A stretch of 64,000 nt of DNA. Source: an uncultured Methanosarcinaceae archaeon (GTDB lineage: Archaea > Halobacteriota > Methanosarcinia > Methanosarcinales > Methanosarcinaceae). The notes beneath the pieces are model-generated. The model saw nothing but the letters and a program-made list of their open reading frames with translations. It was not told the DNA's origin and made no database searches. The translations under genes were made by a program, and so were the position numbers. Where the stretch lies: the NCBI GenBank assembly GCA_963833425.1, contig CAWHXP010000011.1, positions 80,671-144,670 of the forward strand, written 5' to 3'. Positions 1-11,317 of the stretch are shown here, in pieces; within the stretch, counting starts at the first letter, position 1; every line of letters begins with the position of its first letter.

Positions 1-362
1 CAGTCCGCTACTGCTCCTTGAATGGGGTCGGTAACCTCTGCACCATTTACAAAAAATTCACCTGCAGTATTCACCCATGTCATGTTATCCATAGCTTCAA
101 CATGTTCTTTAAGGGCACCTATTCCAGTGGATACGTCAACTGGGTACGAAACGCTATTAGTTTTAGGGTCATATTTCATACCTGCATACAGTGGTGAGCC
201 GTGTTTGGGGTCAAACATTTTTTCATAAGGCATTTTTAATGCTTGCTCTAATAGTTTATGTGGGTTTGCTATCCTTTCCCAATTGATTTTTTTCTTCAAA
301 ACCACTTCTGTCAAAGCATAGGGGTTAATAACGCCAATGTTAATATTAGATGTTTCAGCCAT
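1..362 (-). CDS. Calpain-like (peptidase C2) cysteine protease, 5' part; runs off the window edge
   Basis: Manual translation from ATG at 362 (RBS GGAGG upstream) gives MAETSNINIGVINPYALTEVV...GEFFVNGAEVTDPIQGAVAD(C), open to position 1. This matches the calpain catalytic-Cys motif D-x-x-Q-G-x-x-x-D-C. Not in the ORF track because it has no stop in the window. Confidence 0.7.
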   Translation of the reverse strand, partial: MAETSNINIGVINPYALTEVVLKKKINWERIANPHKLLEQALKMPYEKMFDPKHGSPLYAGMKYDPKTNSVSYPVDVSTGIGALKEHVEAMDNMTWVNTAGEFFVNGAEVTDPIQGAVAD

Positions 363-425
363 TTAATTCCTCCAAATCTTTTTAATTTACTATAATTAGG
401 GAATGTTATGTTTTGTAAATTTAAA

Positions 426-641
426 TCAACCGACTTTAATCTCAGTTTCAACATTAGTTGAATATCCATCCAACATTCTCGGCACGATATCTTCTGGGTT
501 CAGTTCAGTTTCTGGTACTTTCTTTCTTACAAATACAATTATTACTTCGCTTCCATTCTTTTCTCCGATACCTACTCCAGTCACATTAGGAAGTAACTTC
601 AAAAAACTTTCATATTTTCTCATAATTGTTTCAATAGTCAG
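426..641 (-). CDS. Small protein resembling the N-terminal (propeptide-like) domain of Nal1-type trypsin-like proteases
   Basis: Sequence LPNVTGVGIGEKNG..IIVFVRKKVP..EL..EDIVPRMLDGYSTNV. The RBS GGAGGGG sits ~8 nt before a CTG at 641; the first ATG is at 623. Confidence 0.6.
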   Translation of the reverse strand: MTIETIMRKYESFLKLLPNVTGVGIGEKNGSEVIIVFVRKKVPETELNPEDIVPRMLDGYSTNVETEIKVG

Positions 642-762
642 ATATTTAACCCCTCCTTTAATTAGTTTAAGAGTTTTACTGTTGATGGATCAAAAAGTAA
701 TTCCATCAAAATTATTTTAGGTGAATCTTTCATTATTTCCTAAATTATTTTAAATAAATTGT

Positions 763-985
763 ACAAAAAATGATTTCTGAATAAAATTTATTTTGTCATG
801 ATTCAACTATACAAAAAATAGTTTCTGAATGAAATTCACTTTGTCATAAAATTCAACTAAACAAAAAAATAGTTTCTGAATGAAATTCACTTTGTCATAA
901 AATTCAACTAAACAAAAAAAATAGTTTCCGAATGAAATTAATTTTGTCATAAAATTTAACTTTACAAAAAAATAGTTTCTAACAA
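763..985. repeat. Tandem array of ~4.5 copies of a 48-52 bp AT-rich unit
   Basis: Unit ACAAAAAA(A)TAGTTTCTGAATGAAATTCACTTTGTCATAAAATTCAACTAA starting at ~763, 811, 861 and 912, with a partial copy at ~964. There are no spacers. Confidence 0.9.
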
Positions 986-1196
986 AAAATTGTTCCACGG
1001 TCTCTGATTTGAAACTAGATAATCAATGTCTTGATTCCAGTATCAACAATACGGTATAGTAAATACCCTATTGAAAATTTATAATTCTAACAATTAATCA
1101 ATTTGCTAGTGTTTTGCGATAGCCTAATTGCCTTTATGAGAAAAAATTCATTTGGAACATTTCATCCTGCTCCGCACACAGATACATACGATTTTT

Positions 1197-2051
1197 GGTT
1201 CCGTTGCAAAAAATTCAAAATAATCATATTAATCTATGAATAATAAATAAAAGTCAAAAGATTCAAGGAAAATGTATCAATATTACAGAACTATTCCAAA
1301 TAATTGATTGGTATATTTAGCTTCATTAAGACCAGAGTAGTTTGGATTCTTGATTTGTCCTTTTTTAACCATATTCATAGCTTCAATTCCTTTTAAAATC
1401 TTACTTGCAGAGCGAAAAGACTGAAATCCTAACATTGGATTAACGATTCGCTTTATAGATCTATGATCTTGTTCTATAATTTTATTCAAATACTTGATTT
1501 GTCTGATGCCTACGTTTTTAGGTAGTATTTTATCATTTTTCAGTTCGTGTATGACAATAGGATAAACTTGATTCTTATCAAAGGTTATTGCTCTTGGAAT
1601 TTGATTCTGATTAGAGCTCAAAGCTTTCTTGAAGAATTTCTTCACTGCTTTTAGTTTCGTTTTGCAGTTAACATGAAATTGATTGTATCACCATTTGAGT
1701 CAACTGCTCTGTAAAGATATTTTCATTTACCTTTTACTTTGATATAGGTTTCATCAACTCTCCACGAATCATTTGTTGGTCTTAAATGTCTTCTTATCTT
1801 CTTTTCTATTTCAGGGGAATATTGATGTATCCATCTCATTTATAGTACTGTGATCAATTTGAATTTCTCTTTCTATCATCATTTCATTTAAATTTCTTTA
1901 GCTCAATGGGTATTTTAAGTACCATCTTACATTCAATAGGATAATTTCTCCTTCATAATGCTTTTATTTAAAGGAATTAGATAGCATATTACTGTCTTTG
2001 GTTTTCTTTCATTCTATTGTATCCTTAGAAAAGATTTTTTGCAACGGAACC
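1197..2051 (-). mobile_element. IS6-family element, full length, with frameshifted transposase
   Basis: Terminal IRs GGTTCCGTTGCAAAAA / TTTTTGCAACGGAACC. Transposase motifs WRVDETY and IIEQDHRSIKR; the ORF is broken by stops and frameshifts. Confidence 0.9.
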
Positions 2052-2487
2052 TAATTTATATGTATTAAAAAAAATCAAAGAGCATTTTAATGATATATAA
2101 TACAATGACACATTCAAAAATATGTAGTACAAAGGTACCGAAAACGACTTTGTAAATGATGCAAAAAAGAGAAGAGAAATCTTCAACTGCTTATTGGACT
2201 CTACTTTAATAATTGCGACAAAGGATACTAAACTAACAACTTATCCTGGATAAATACCCCAAAACTTATAAATCCTAAGTAACCTATTAATCGACAAAAT
2301 CATTATCACTTGAATTTTTGTTTCAGTTTTCACTAAATTTATCAATCTAAAAGAATCAAACGACCTAAAAGGACTTACTTCTGTTTTCATATTAAGTAGA
2401 ATTTCCAGAAAAATATTGTAAGACGAAACAGAAACAAACTTAAATAACTGGAATAAAAACAAAGAAAAATATTAAGAGGAAGCTAGT

Positions 2488-2682
2488 ATGGGAAATATAA
2501 GACAGACGAACATAAAAAGAATCGCATTTAGACTGATTGAAAATTACGGAGATGTTCTTACAAAGGATTTCGAAACCAACAAGACTCTTGTGACAAAGTA
2601 TACAACCATTGAAAGTAAGATCATAAGAAATAGGGTTGCAGGTTATGTTACAAGAAAAGTAGCACGCATGAAAATATACTGA
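2488..2682 (+). CDS. rps17e: 30S ribosomal protein S17e
   Basis: [11 protein letters not shown]...[11 protein letters not shown] signature. Confidence 0.95.
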   Translation: MGNIRQTNIKRIAFRLIENYGDVLTKDFETNKTLVTKYTTIESKIIRNRVAGYVTRKVARMKIY

Positions 2683-2718
2683 ACAGAAATTTATTTTGGA
2701 CACAGGAGGATTTCTGAC

Positions 2719-3594
2719 ATGTTTGAAGGGACAATGTCTGCTCTGATCACTCCTTTTAAAAAGAACGATAGGATTGACAGGGAAGGCTTACAGAGGAATA
2801 TTACATTTGTTGAAGAGAGAGGAGTTGCAGGGATTGTACCTTGTGGTACGACCGGAGAGTCTGCGACACTTTCTGCACTCGAGCACGAAGAAGTGATCGA
2901 CATCGCAGTGGAATGTTCAAATGTTCCTGTAATTGCAGGAACGGGCTCGAATAACACAGGAGAAGCTCTCCAGTTTACAAAACATGCTGAAGATGCGGGT
3001 GTTGATGCGGCACTTTTGATTTCTCCCTACTACAACAAACCAAACTCTGCAGGGTTGCTGGTACATTTTAAGAAAATTGCAGAAGCAGTGGATATTCCTA
3101 TAATCCTGTATAATGTTCCCTCTAGGACAGGGCAAGATGTGCCAGTAGAAGTAATTGCCGAACTTGCAAAGATCGAAAATATTGTTGGGATTAAGGAAGC
3201 CAGTGGAAACGTCGTCAAAGTTTCTCAGATCCTGGAATATACTGCAGATGAAAATTTCGTTATTCTATCAGGTGACGATGGTTTGACTCTCCCAATTCTT
3301 TCTATAGGAGGCAGAGGAGTAATCTCTGTTGCTGCAAATATAATTCCTGACAGGATGTCCACAATGGTTAATGCAGCTCTCGCTGGAGACTACGAAACTG
3401 CAAGGAAAATTCATTTTGAGATTGCTCCGCTGATTCGTGCTCTTTTTCTGGAAACAAATCCTGTTCCTGTCAAAAAGGCTGCCGAACTTGTAGGACTTGC
3501 AAGCGGGCATTTGAGGCTCCCACTCGCACCCCTTAGCGAGAAAAATATCATAAAGCTTGTGGATGAACTTCGAAAATTGGAGATTATGGAATGA
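2719..3594 (+). CDS. dapA: 4-hydroxy-tetrahydrodipicolinate synthase
   Basis: GTTGES, YNVPSRTG and GIKEASG motifs; RBS GGAGG. Confidence 0.96.
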   Translation: MFEGTMSALITPFKKNDRIDREGLQRNITFVEERGVAGIVPCGTTGESATLSALEHEEVIDIAVECSNVPVIAGTGSNNTGEALQFTKHAEDAGVDAALLISPYYNKPNSAGLLVHFKKIAEAVDIPIILYNVPSRTGQDVPVEVIAELAKIENIVGIKEASGNVVKVSQILEYTADENFVILSGDDGLTLPILSIGGRGVISVAANIIPDRMSTMVNAALAGDYETARKIHFEIAPLIRALFLETNPVPVKKAAELVGLASGHLRLPLAPLSEKNIIKLVDELRKLEIME

Positions 3595-4382
3595 TCAACG
3601 CAGCATTACTCGGAGCTTGTGGGAGAATGGGCTCCTTAATTGTAGAAACGATTACCCACTTTCCAGATATTAAGCTCGTTGCTGCCTTTGATATAAGCAA
3701 CATTGGAAAGGATGTAGGGGGATTCACTCGTGTGGGTAATCTGGGAATCAAGATATCGGACGTAAGAGATCTTGAAACTGTTTTGAAAAAAAACCATGTT
3801 GATGTCCTTATTGACTTTACGGCCGCAATGGCGACTACAATAAACGCTCCAATAGCTGCCAGATGCGGAGTAAACCTTATAATAGGAACTACAGGCCTGA
3901 CCACGGAACAGCGAGCAGTTATTGACAAAGCTATCAAGGAAAATCAGGTACGTGCGATTATTTCCCCCAATTATTCCATAGGTGTTAATGTTTTTTTTAA
4001 GATAATTAGGGAAGCCGCAAAGTATCTTGCAGATTACGATATCGAGATTATAGAAACTCATCATAACCAGAAAAAAGATGCTCCAAGCGGGACCGCACTT
4101 CGGGTGGCCGACGTTGTCAGTGAGGCTATTGGTGGAAAGGAGTATATCTATGGAAGGGAAGGAATATCTCCTCGAGGCAAGGAAATAGGCATTCATGCTG
4201 TCCGAGCTGGAGATATTACAGGAGATCACACTGTCCTTTTTGCAGGTAACTCAGAAAGGATCGAAATTCGACACATTGCTCACTCCCCTCAGATTTTTGC
4301 CAAAGGCGCGGTTCGTGCAGCAGAATGGATATGTGAACAAAAACCTGGGATTTATTCTATGGATGATGTACTTTGTTTGTAA
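3591..4382 (+). CDS. dapB: 4-hydroxy-tetrahydrodipicolinate reductase
   Basis: GACGRMG, GTTG and ETHHNQKKDAPSGTA motifs; overlaps the dapA stop (ATGA). Confidence 0.96.
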   Translation: MINAALLGACGRMGSLIVETITHFPDIKLVAAFDISNIGKDVGGFTRVGNLGIKISDVRDLETVLKKNHVDVLIDFTAAMATTINAPIAARCGVNLIIGTTGLTTEQRAVIDKAIKENQVRAIISPNYSIGVNVFFKIIREAAKYLADYDIEIIETHHNQKKDAPSGTALRVADVVSEAIGGKEYIYGREGISPRGKEIGIHAVRAGDITGDHTVLFAGNSERIEIRHIAHSPQIFAKGAVRAAEWICEQKPGIYSMDDVLCL

Positions 4383-5258
4383 AAATAGTTTGTATATAAT
4401 TGAATAGGGCACAAATATGGCTCTTTACATGGATTCTTAAATTTTTTTTGGCCCTTATCAATTTTTAAGGTCTAAATCAATTTTTTTTGTTTTTTTAGAA
4501 TTTTTTAATCTCTTCTGGGCCTGCTAGAATTTAAGTCAGTGTAGCAAACTTTTGGGGTAAATTGTCATTAATTACAAGCCATTGATTATGTTTTTCCAAT
4601 TTGTTGTGCTTTAATCGTTAAATGTTTAGGGGATCTAAAAAGCAGATCAAATAAACCCTACTTTTATTGGGGTAGTTCTTGTTACTACTTCAGTTTTTAA
4701 TCCAGTAATCGATACTTTGTTGTGATGTATATAATTGTAATTTTTTCGACTACTGCTCACCAGAACAATTGAAAAATATGCACATAGTACTGCTAATTTG
4801 CGACAGGATATTCCATCAAAAATAACTTCACTTTGTTCATTGACTGCATGTTTTTCTATATTGGGTAAAATAATCCTATAATAATGTTATAGAGCTTTCT
4901 TTTTAAAGCTCTTTTATCGGCATAAAACACGGCTTTAGATATATGATTTAGTGATATAAAAAATAAAATAAGGTAAAAATAAATGAAGTTTAAAAAGACA
5001 ATGACTATTTTGTAGTAGCCTTCGTTGTAGCTTCATTGACTGCTATAGCAGTAAGTACAAACTAAGCTATAGCGACGGTAAAAGTAGCTCCAGTAACAGT
5101 GGACAAAGGTGTAGGATCCATACTGGAGGCAGATTCTACGTTTTACCACATTATTTCATATCTGTTTTCCAATTTCTGATACACTAACCAAATATAACAT
5201 AATAGTAATTAATTTATACTTAATTGGCATCAAAATAAACTAAATATATTTCTGTATC

Positions 5259-5432
5259 CTTAAAAAATATGCATCTGAATAATATGGAAAGTGTAAAGAA
5301 ATTATAAAAATAAAGACAATAGGTGTAAGCGCATGAACGAGGTTACTTAAAAAATATGCATCTGATTAATATGGAAAGTATAAAGAAATTATAAAAATAA
5401 AGACAATAGGTGTAAGTGCATGAACGAGGTTA
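5259..5432 (+). repeat. Direct tandem duplication (2 x 87 bp) containing a TATA-like box and the ATG of the downstream gene
   Basis: CTTAAAAAATATGCATCTG...TTATAAAAATAAAGACAATAGGTGTAAG(C/T)GCATGAACGAGGTTA at 5259 and 5346, differing at 3 positions. Confidence 0.9.
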
Positions 5433-7355
5433 GCAGGAGGAGGATAATCCTAAAAAATGTGAAAATCTAGAAATGAAGGAGATAAAAGATATATGGAGAA
5501 AACTTTCCGAAATGCACGGTTATATCAAAAAAGTGATGGAATATTCTAACAGGCTGCATTTTGAAACTGCTCTTGAAAGTTCAAGGCATGAACATTAACA
5601 AGCTCTTCTAAATTACTTTTTTGAAGATATAGGGACTGGACTTGAACGAAACATGATGAAAAGATGTCCAGAAAAGGAAAATTGCACTCCCGCGTTTACA
5701 ACCGTTCTACAGCATACTGCAGGGCTTATCAAATATAACAAGGTAGAAGAAACCCTTATTTCGGATAACAAAAACAAGCTGGATGAACTTAGATGCGGAG
5801 CTCCTTATCGAAAATGTGAGCAGTACTTTTCCGAAGTTTCGAATCTCTTCACAAAACAAATCAACTTTATACGTTCTCTGAAGATTTATGAAACTAATCA
5901 GGAACAGAAGTCAGATATTTCATCCCTAGAAACTTGCGTGGTTATAAGCGAAATTCTTGAGCCGATCTCAAATAAACAACGTCTGGAAATTCTAAAATCA
6001 ATCGCCTTCGAACAGAAAAGTTTCTCTACTCTTTCCAAACTTACGGGCCTTATAGCAGGAAATTTATTTTTTCATCTCCAAAAACTCATGAACTGCGAGC
6101 TGATTCTGCAGCAACATGATAGAGGAGATTATATGATTACTGAGAAAGGATTCAAAATTCTGCAGGGTTTGAATGAGATGTATTCTTCACTCCAATGTTC
6201 CCCACAACAGATATACCACTCTGATTTATTTGGGGAATCGAAAAAGGAAGAATTAACCGACGAATCGAAAATAGTAGAACTGACTGAAGCTCTAAAAGAA
6301 ATGGCTATGAACCTTGGGGCCTTCAAAGTAGGCATTGCAACGACCAAAAACCTTATAGGTGGCCCTCCTTAGGCAGACTTGACCTATGTGCTGCCAGAAG
6401 CAAAATCTGCTGTCTGTTCCGCCCTACCTTTTGATTAGAACCTTATAGATCCTTATTTCAGAAAAATGGATATCGAATCCCTTGAAACTAATAAGGTACT
6501 AACTACTACCCTTGCTGATGGAATAGCCATTGAGATGGCAAATTTCTTGCAGCAGACTGGATATAAAGCCGTTCCTCAAATTGCAAATTTGTTTACCGGA
6601 GGGGTACAAAAAATTGGCTGCTGGAGATGCGTCCTCCGATTTCCCACAGGTATTTGGCAGTACGCTCTGGGATAGGGTATTTTGGATATTCAGGGAATGT
6701 TATTACAAGAGAATACGGATCTGCTATTGTATTGGTCTCAGTAGTTACGGATGCAGAACTTGTCCCAACAGACTCCATGGCAGAAGAAGAAAATTATTGT
6801 GACGAATGTAAGCTTTGCCTTTCAGTATGTTCTTCTGGATACGTGGACCCCGTTGAGAAAGTCACTGTAACCCTTGGTGGAAAGGAGTTTAGTTATGGAA
6901 AACGAAGAAACAATAGTCGCTGTTTACTTGTATGTATGGGACTTACAGGTCTGAGCGCCTCTGGAAATTGGTCCACCTGGTCTCCTGGGCGCTTTAACAT
7001 CCCCGAAAAAGATGAAGATTGCATTTCTGCAATACCTTCTGTTACACAAGCGTACCTTGAAAGGCTACAGTTCAAAGGTGGATTTTTTGTGCCCATTATG
7101 TCAGGGTCCAAGAGGGAATATCCCTGTTCTAACTGTCATTTAGTTTGTCACCCTGACAAAAAAGTTCGAACAGCAAGATACAAGATGCTAATAGAAAGCG
7201 GAGTGGTTATACAGGAACCTAACGGAACTCGTAGAGTCGTATCTCCGGAAGAAGCAAAAGAGTACCTCAATCCATGCCTCCTGAAAGGAGAAAACTGTAC
7301 GAACCTATTCCACCGGGAAAACCGATCTAAAAACGGGGGAAATTATTTCACGTAA
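5420..7355 (+). pseudogene. ArsR-like winged-helix regulator fused to a QueG/reductive-dehalogenase-like 4Fe-4S domain; disrupted
   Basis: HTH segment ISNKQRLEILK...GNLFFHLQKL...YMITEKG continues in frame into LGAFKVGIA..GGPP*ADLTYVLPEAKSA and later CDECKLCLSVC and CSNCHLVC. Lesions: TAA ~5597, TAG at 6370 and 6436, frameshifts ~6590 and ~7270. Confidence 0.75.
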
Positions 7356-7894
7356 AACTAAATTCGGATTATCCTTTCAAAAAGAAAATCCTAATTTTTA
7401 AGATTAAATCCTCTTAAACATATTTTGTTGCCTAATTTAAGACAATTTTGAATCCTGAAAATTTCTATGCTAATGCATACATTGGATTTTTATAAACTGA
7501 TTAACAGCATTCTTTGTAATGCTTAACTTTGTTTCAAATCAAATAATTTTAATTGTTATTCTTTGAATTTCAAATCGTATAATTGATTTTATTCCCATCA
7601 AAATTAAATCAAATTGACTCAGATATGAAATTTTTTAACTATGGGTGAAAAGGTTGAAATTCCGTTTTTAAGGATAATCTTGGATATTCAAGTCTGATTG
7701 AAGAGTTGCTTGGAGAATTTGCAGACTTGCATATTAACGAAAAAATGTTGAAACCCTAAAGAAGGTTTGAGCCTTGTTTCTGCTCACTCATGAGTTTCAT
7801 TGTTTATTAATGGTTGGTGTTCTTATCAACTGTTATTACTCTCGGCATTTGATTGTGATTTGAACTCAATGCCTTCCTAAGGAATCTCTTTGAA

Positions 7895-8298
7895 GCTTTT
7901 CTATTTCGTTTCGCACTTATATGAAATTGATTGTGTTTCCATCTGAGTCAACTGCTCTGTAAAGATATTTTCATTCACCTTTTACTTTTATATAAGTTTC
8001 ATCAACTCTCCAAGAATCATTTGTTGGTCTTAAGTGCTTTCTTATCTTCTTTTCTATTTAGGTGGATATTGATGTACCCATCTCATGATTGTCGTATGGT
8101 CGACTTTAATTCCCCTTTCTGCCATCATTTCCTTTAAATTTCTATAGCTTAATGTATATTTTAAGTACCATCTTACGTTTAATAAGACAATTTCTCCTTC
8201 ATAATGATTCCATTTAAAGGAATTTACTGGCATAATATATACTCCTAAATTTCTACTTGTTTCAGTGAATCCCCCTCATTATTTTTTGCAACTGAACC
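7895..8298 (-). mobile_element. IS6-family remnant (one IR plus the 5' part of the transposase)
   Basis: Similar to 1650-2051; ends in TTTTTGCAACTGAACC. Confidence 0.8.
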
Positions 8299-8349
8299 GC
8301 TTATTGTAAAAGTAAAATAAATGATAATAAATTTTGAATAGGCTTTTAG

Positions 8350-9877
8350 CTATGTTTAATTTTCCTTTACCTAAAGCATTTCGTTCAATTAATAGTCAAT
8401 GTTTTGTTATCCAGGCAGAATCCCATATGTATATTTCTGGATGTTCTTTCATTTTTTTTGTTGAACTAATTTTTTCTTAGAGTTTCGTGAGGGATTTCTA
8501 GCTCAATTTCGAAGCCAATTTTGTTAATAGTTTCCTTGGGAATAAATTTAGTTATATACAGATCAATTTCTATTACCCTATTGTCGTAAGATTCATTAAA
8601 CTGGTTATTAATTTTCACTAAATACCTGAAAACGATTGGTACTCATCCTTTTCGTCGTGAAAAAGTGCACTTATTCTCATCGTCCTTGATTTCAATTAAG
8701 TTGTATATAACTCTATTAGGCTTTTCCTTTCTTCATCAGATGTTTTGAACATTTCGTGTTTAAATTCATCAATATCTAATTTGTTCTCATCATTTAGTTC
8801 TTTCAAAGTTGCGAATGAAAATTTCATTAATGGTGAGAGAATAAATATCTTATCCGATATTTCTGCAAACTTGCACTTTATTTTACTATTTCCGTCCCCA
8901 CGAGCTACGGGATAATAAGCATCTAGGCGACCAGAGATTGGTTGTCGAATCATATAATTTGCTGACATCAAGCTTATTATTTAGTAGCTCGGTCTATCTA
9001 TAGTCCATAGGTTACTCAAATATTGCTCAAATTGTGAAAGATACGATTCAGATGCTATGGTTTTTTTATTCGTCACATCCTTAGTCGATAGAAGCCAATC
9101 GCAAGCTTCTTCTCCAGCGACTGCCCCATATACCGAAAGAGGATTCCCCAGGAGGAGAAAGCACAGGATTTCGATTTCTTAATACTCACCTTTGGCCGGA
9201 TCTCTGCAATTTTTCATTAGATACTGGATACCAGGCAAGTATTAGTTACTACACAAACCTGATGCTTCCATCGCTCCTTAAAATCTTTATCTTTTATTCT
9301 ATTGCATAGTTAGTCGATAAATGGTACAATGAAGTGTCTGAGTCAATCAAAAAGCAATATTCTTTCCACTGTTATCTATCAGTAATTTGTCTAAATGATC
9401 CAAACAATTTTTAGCAATTTCTTGCGTTTAGTAGTAAAACTGGCCGATTATATTTCCAAAAACAGATCCACCATAATTACCCCAGTTTTCTCCATAAAGT
9501 TATCCAGCCATGGAGTATCATCTACCAAATTTCGCGAAATTTGATACGAAATTTCAACTGATCTTTTTCCTATTGCTTCAAAAATTTCTATTTTGTTCTT
9601 CTGTTCTTCTTTCAGAATATCTGTTTCACATTTTCAATATCTAGTTTCTTAGATACAGTGTCAGACTTTGTGAGACTAGTTTCTTGGTCTATTTCAGAGA
9701 TTTTTTTATTGAGTTCTGCATTACTTATTTTTAAATCGCCTACAACTTTCTCGGTCGTTGCATGTTGTTCCACACTTTATGTAGCATTCCTTTTTCGTGT
9801 AAAGTAATAGTATCAATAACTGTAGAAATGACACCTACCACGATTAAAAAAATAATTTGTATGTTTATTGGGTCCAT
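8350..9877 (-). pseudogene. Fragmented hypothetical gene with an N-terminal membrane anchor
   Basis: RBS AGGAG followed by MDPINIQIIFLIVVGVISTVID... Coding-like minus-strand fragments (e.g. 8696-8971) continue downstream, interrupted by stops. Family not recognised. Confidence 0.35.
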
Positions 9878-10127
9878 AGTTGTTCTCCTGAAAACGAGAA
9901 AAAGTAGATTTTTTAGCATATATATTTTTAAAGTTAAATATTTAATAATATATATTAATAAAACCCAATCACACAAACTAATTAACTTCTGTTCCAATGA
10001 GAAATAATAATAAATAAAAATGTTATTAAAAAGCATTGATATATATTTTTATTAAATTTTAAAATTTTACTCACAAACGGTCATACAATCTTTTAACAGC
10101 TCACCCGGAAAAAATATATATCAAAGA

Positions 10128-10179
10128 AACAGTATTTATTTTTATAAACACAAAAGAACAGTATTTATTTTTATAAACA
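10128..10179 (+). promoter_or_regulatory. Duplicated 23-bp TATA-containing motif (period 29) upstream of fba
   Basis: AACAGTATTTATTTTTATAAACA at 10128 and 10157. Confidence 0.6.
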
Positions 10180-10236
10180 TTTAATCTATTTGTGAATTCG
10201 TTATAAGTTCAATTGAATAAAATGTGGTTTTTACAT

Positions 10237-11161
10237 ATGTTTTCAAATAATAGAGATGCTGTAATCGTACCGTTAGATATTCCAAAAGCAATGCGTGAAA
10301 TATACGTTAAAAATTACATAGAGATTACAAAGAATAGCGGTAGGCTCATGCTGTTTGCAGGCGATCAGAAAGTAGAACATTTGAACGATGACTTTTATGG
10401 AGAAGGAGTGCCTGAAGAAGATGCTGATCCAGAACACCTTTTTAAGATAGCATCCCAGGCGAAAATAGGAGTTTTTGCAACTCAGCTAGGGCTAATTGCA
10501 CGCTATGGTATGAATTACAAAGACGTGCCATATCTCGTAAAAATAAATTCAAAGTCTAATCTTGTAGAGACGTCTCAGGCAGATCCTTTTAGCAACTCTC
10601 TGGTACGATGTAAACCAACTGGTTGAATTTAAAGAAAACAGTGAGCTCAATATCCTTGGAGTAGGTTATACTATTTACCTTGGCAGTGAGTTCGAAGCCG
10701 AGATGTTTGCGCAGGCTGCCCAGGTAATTTACGATGCTCACCAGCTTGGGATGGTTTCAGTACTCTGGATCTATCCACGCGGCACTGCCGTAAAAGATGA
10801 AAAGGACCCGCACCTGATCGCGGGGGCAACAGGAGTTGGAGCCTGTCTTGGAACGGACTTTGTAAAAGTCAATTACCCAACAAATAAAGGAGCACGATCT
10901 GCCGAAATTTTCAAGGAAGCTATCATGGCAGCTGGACGTACCAAAGTCATTTGTGCGGGTGGTACCAGCGATGAACCTGAGACTTTCCTGAGAAAGCTTC
11001 ATGATCAAATACATATATCTGGAGCTATGGGAAATGCAACAGGAAGAAACATTCACCAGAAAACTCTTGACGAAGCTGTACGCATGTGCAATGCTGTCTA
11101 TGCCATAACCGTTGAAGACGCAAGCTTCGAAGAAGCCCTTAAGATCTATAAGGAGAAATAG
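10237..11161 (+). pseudogene. fba: Class I (DhnA/FbaB-type) fructose-bisphosphate aldolase with one frameshift
   Basis: MLFAGDQKVEHLNDDF, WIYPRG, DFVKVNYP and GNATGRNIHQ motifs. One extra base near 10597; removing it restores FSNLWYDVNQLVEFKEN and joins both ORFs. Confidence 0.85.
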
Positions 11162-11317
11162 AGAGGCTGCAAAGTATATGGAAACAATGCGCAAACTGGT
11201 GAAGTGTAATATGGTAACTAAGATGCTTATTTCCGGAGTCCTTATTAAGAAGAAAAATTTAATTTAGAAATTCAAAATGGCATAGATTAAAGGTTAAACT
11301 TTAAAGGCCGTGTAAAT

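Noticed and set aside
763..985. Possible CRISPR array, or the 63-aa repeat ORF at 807-998
   Set aside because: The units are contiguous with no unique spacers and no cas genes nearby. Unit length varies by single bases, so the ORF is a by-product of the repeat.
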